A stretch of 64,000 bases of DNA from an uncultured Candidatus Bathyarchaeia archaeon (GTDB lineage: Archaea > Thermoproteota > Bathyarchaeia > TCS64 > B23), in the NCBI GenBank assembly GCA_964525955.1, contig CAZGKJ010000001.1:4069-68068 (forward strand), given 5' to 3'. Within the stretch, counting starts at the first letter, position 1; each line of letters opens with the position of its first letter. Below the pieces are notes generated by a model that worked only from the letters and a program-made list of their open reading frames with translations, had not been told where the DNA came from and did no database searches. Positions 63,303-64,000 of this stretch are shown piece after piece. Position numbers and translations under genes: made by a program.

Positions 63303-64000
63303 TCATATACTCATAAGCTGTGAGACCCATGGGAGACCTGCCGTAGCCAGTATCGCGCCGATGACCCCGAGGATGATGGCGGCTATCTTATACCAGTCCT
63401 GGCAGGCTATTGAACCTGTTTGGAGGGGGTCTCCAGATAGGTAGGCTCCAGCTGCGAATGTCTCCTCACCTATTAGGACGTAGTCGCAGACGGCTGCGAA
63501 GAAGGGTATCTGATATAGCCTCGCCGTCCCCCCGATCTCTAAGGCCCCCAATCTATCGAAGGTCTCGGCGAACATCATTGACTCAGCCCAGAAGGGGCCG
63601 ACCATTATCACGGAGGCGGGCTTCAGCCTCGAAGCCATGCCGAGTATTCCGCTGGCCCAGGCGAATTGGGTTCCTGAGAGGTAGGGGAGCTGCTCATCCA
63701 CATTTAGCTCCTCTATCTTACCCTCAGCTAGGTATCCCTCCCTAACCATCTCTATGGCCACGGGCATCACGTCGACCGATGCCTGTGGGGCGTATAGCTT
63801 CGCCCCAAGCCTTGCACATAGGTGGGCGACGTAGTTTAGAACCGATAGTCCAGCGACTGTTTGGGTTGCATATATGTCGGTGAATGTCCCCATCCCTATT
63901 ATGTCGAATACGGGCCTCCCCATCTCAACGGCTCTTCCAACCGCCTCCTCCATGGCGTCTAAGGCTGGCAGCCGCCTGATCCTCACCTTACCCCTCTTCC
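63303..64000 (-). CDS. Uncharacterized bitopic membrane protein, cassette B subunit 1/4 (paralog of 55419..56231); N-terminus lies beyond the window end
   Basis: The reading frame stays open to position 64000 ('...KRGKGVRIRRLPALD...'). It aligns with the cassette-A protein starting from that protein's residue ~45, so about 40+ residues and any upstream genes are outside the window. Confidence 0.5.
   Translation of the reverse strand, partial: KRGKVRIRRLPALDAMEEAVGRAVEMGRPVFDIIGMGTFTDIYATQTVAGLSVLNYVAHLCARLGAKLYAPQASVDVMPVAIEMVREGYLAEGKIEELNVDEQLPYLSGTQFAWASGILGMASRLKPASVIMVGPFWAESMMFAETFDRLGALEIGGTARLYQIPFFAAVCDYVLIGEETFAAGAYLSGDPLQTGSIACQDWYKIAAIILGVIGAILATAGLPWVSQLMSI

Noticed and set aside
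1-64000. CRISPR arrays, rRNA genes, transposases/IS elements
   Set aside because: No periodic direct repeats, no rRNA-like conserved blocks and no transposase-like ORFs were seen. The only apparent foreign DNA is the single RM gene.

Overview
The window is a high-GC (about 60%) archaeal chromosomal segment. The gene content points to a TACK/Thermoproteota-like organism: a crenarchaeal-type short XPF, TFB, TFS, PCNA, RpoL/RpoF and the conserved archaeal ribosomal/translation superoperon. About 80 genes are tightly packed on both strands. Many have overlapping stop/start codons, TATA boxes sit 25-35 bp upstream of start codons (leaderless mRNAs), and TTG/GTG starts are common.

Recognisable content, in order:
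- the 3' end of a MobB-FeS fusion, XPF nuclease, and tRNA-Arg(TCG) abutting argS
- HtpX, a family-4 UDG, a frameshifted family-III CoA-transferase, and PadR plus a heterodimeric ABC exporter
- a second PadR-like regulator, TFB, and a divergent branched-chain-amino-acid-type ABC importer (LivHM / binding protein-LivGF)
- an ICMT-family methyltransferase
- a long minus-strand housekeeping array: P0-L1-L11-Spt5-SecE-FtsY-PfdA-LX-L31e-L39e-PDCD5-S19e
- an HpcH aldolase and a QueG-like Fe-S protein
- an MttB-family / saccharopine-DH-like / MtrH-like methyltransfer operon
- an AT-rich single-gene island carrying an MmeI-like Type IIG restriction-modification enzyme
- PCNA, TFS, DUF99, RpoL, Csl4, a methyltransferase, Dph2, L10e, DUF655, RpoF, L21e, SRP54, deoxyhypusine synthase and aIF5A
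- a VapBC pair, AglB oligosaccharyltransferase, a COG3199 kinase-like protein, and a metallophosphoesterase
- the alternative archaeal mevalonate-pathway trio (UbiD-like decarboxylase plus AcnX large/small dehydratase)
- an HD hydrolase, Tmk, two aminotransferases, and DUF483

The most unusual content is a six-gene minus-strand operon at 53.3-59.3 kb. It runs MutL/EutA-like ASKHA ATPase, then a 385-aa beta-rich protein, then four integral membrane proteins alternating polytopic and bitopic. The four membrane genes recur as a diverged paralogous cassette at 61.2->64.0 kb, truncated by the window end. All eight membrane proteins reduce to two ancestral types, so the system looks like iterated duplications of a polytopic+bitopic pair. 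I could not match it to any characterised family. No CRISPR arrays, rRNAs or transposases were seen.
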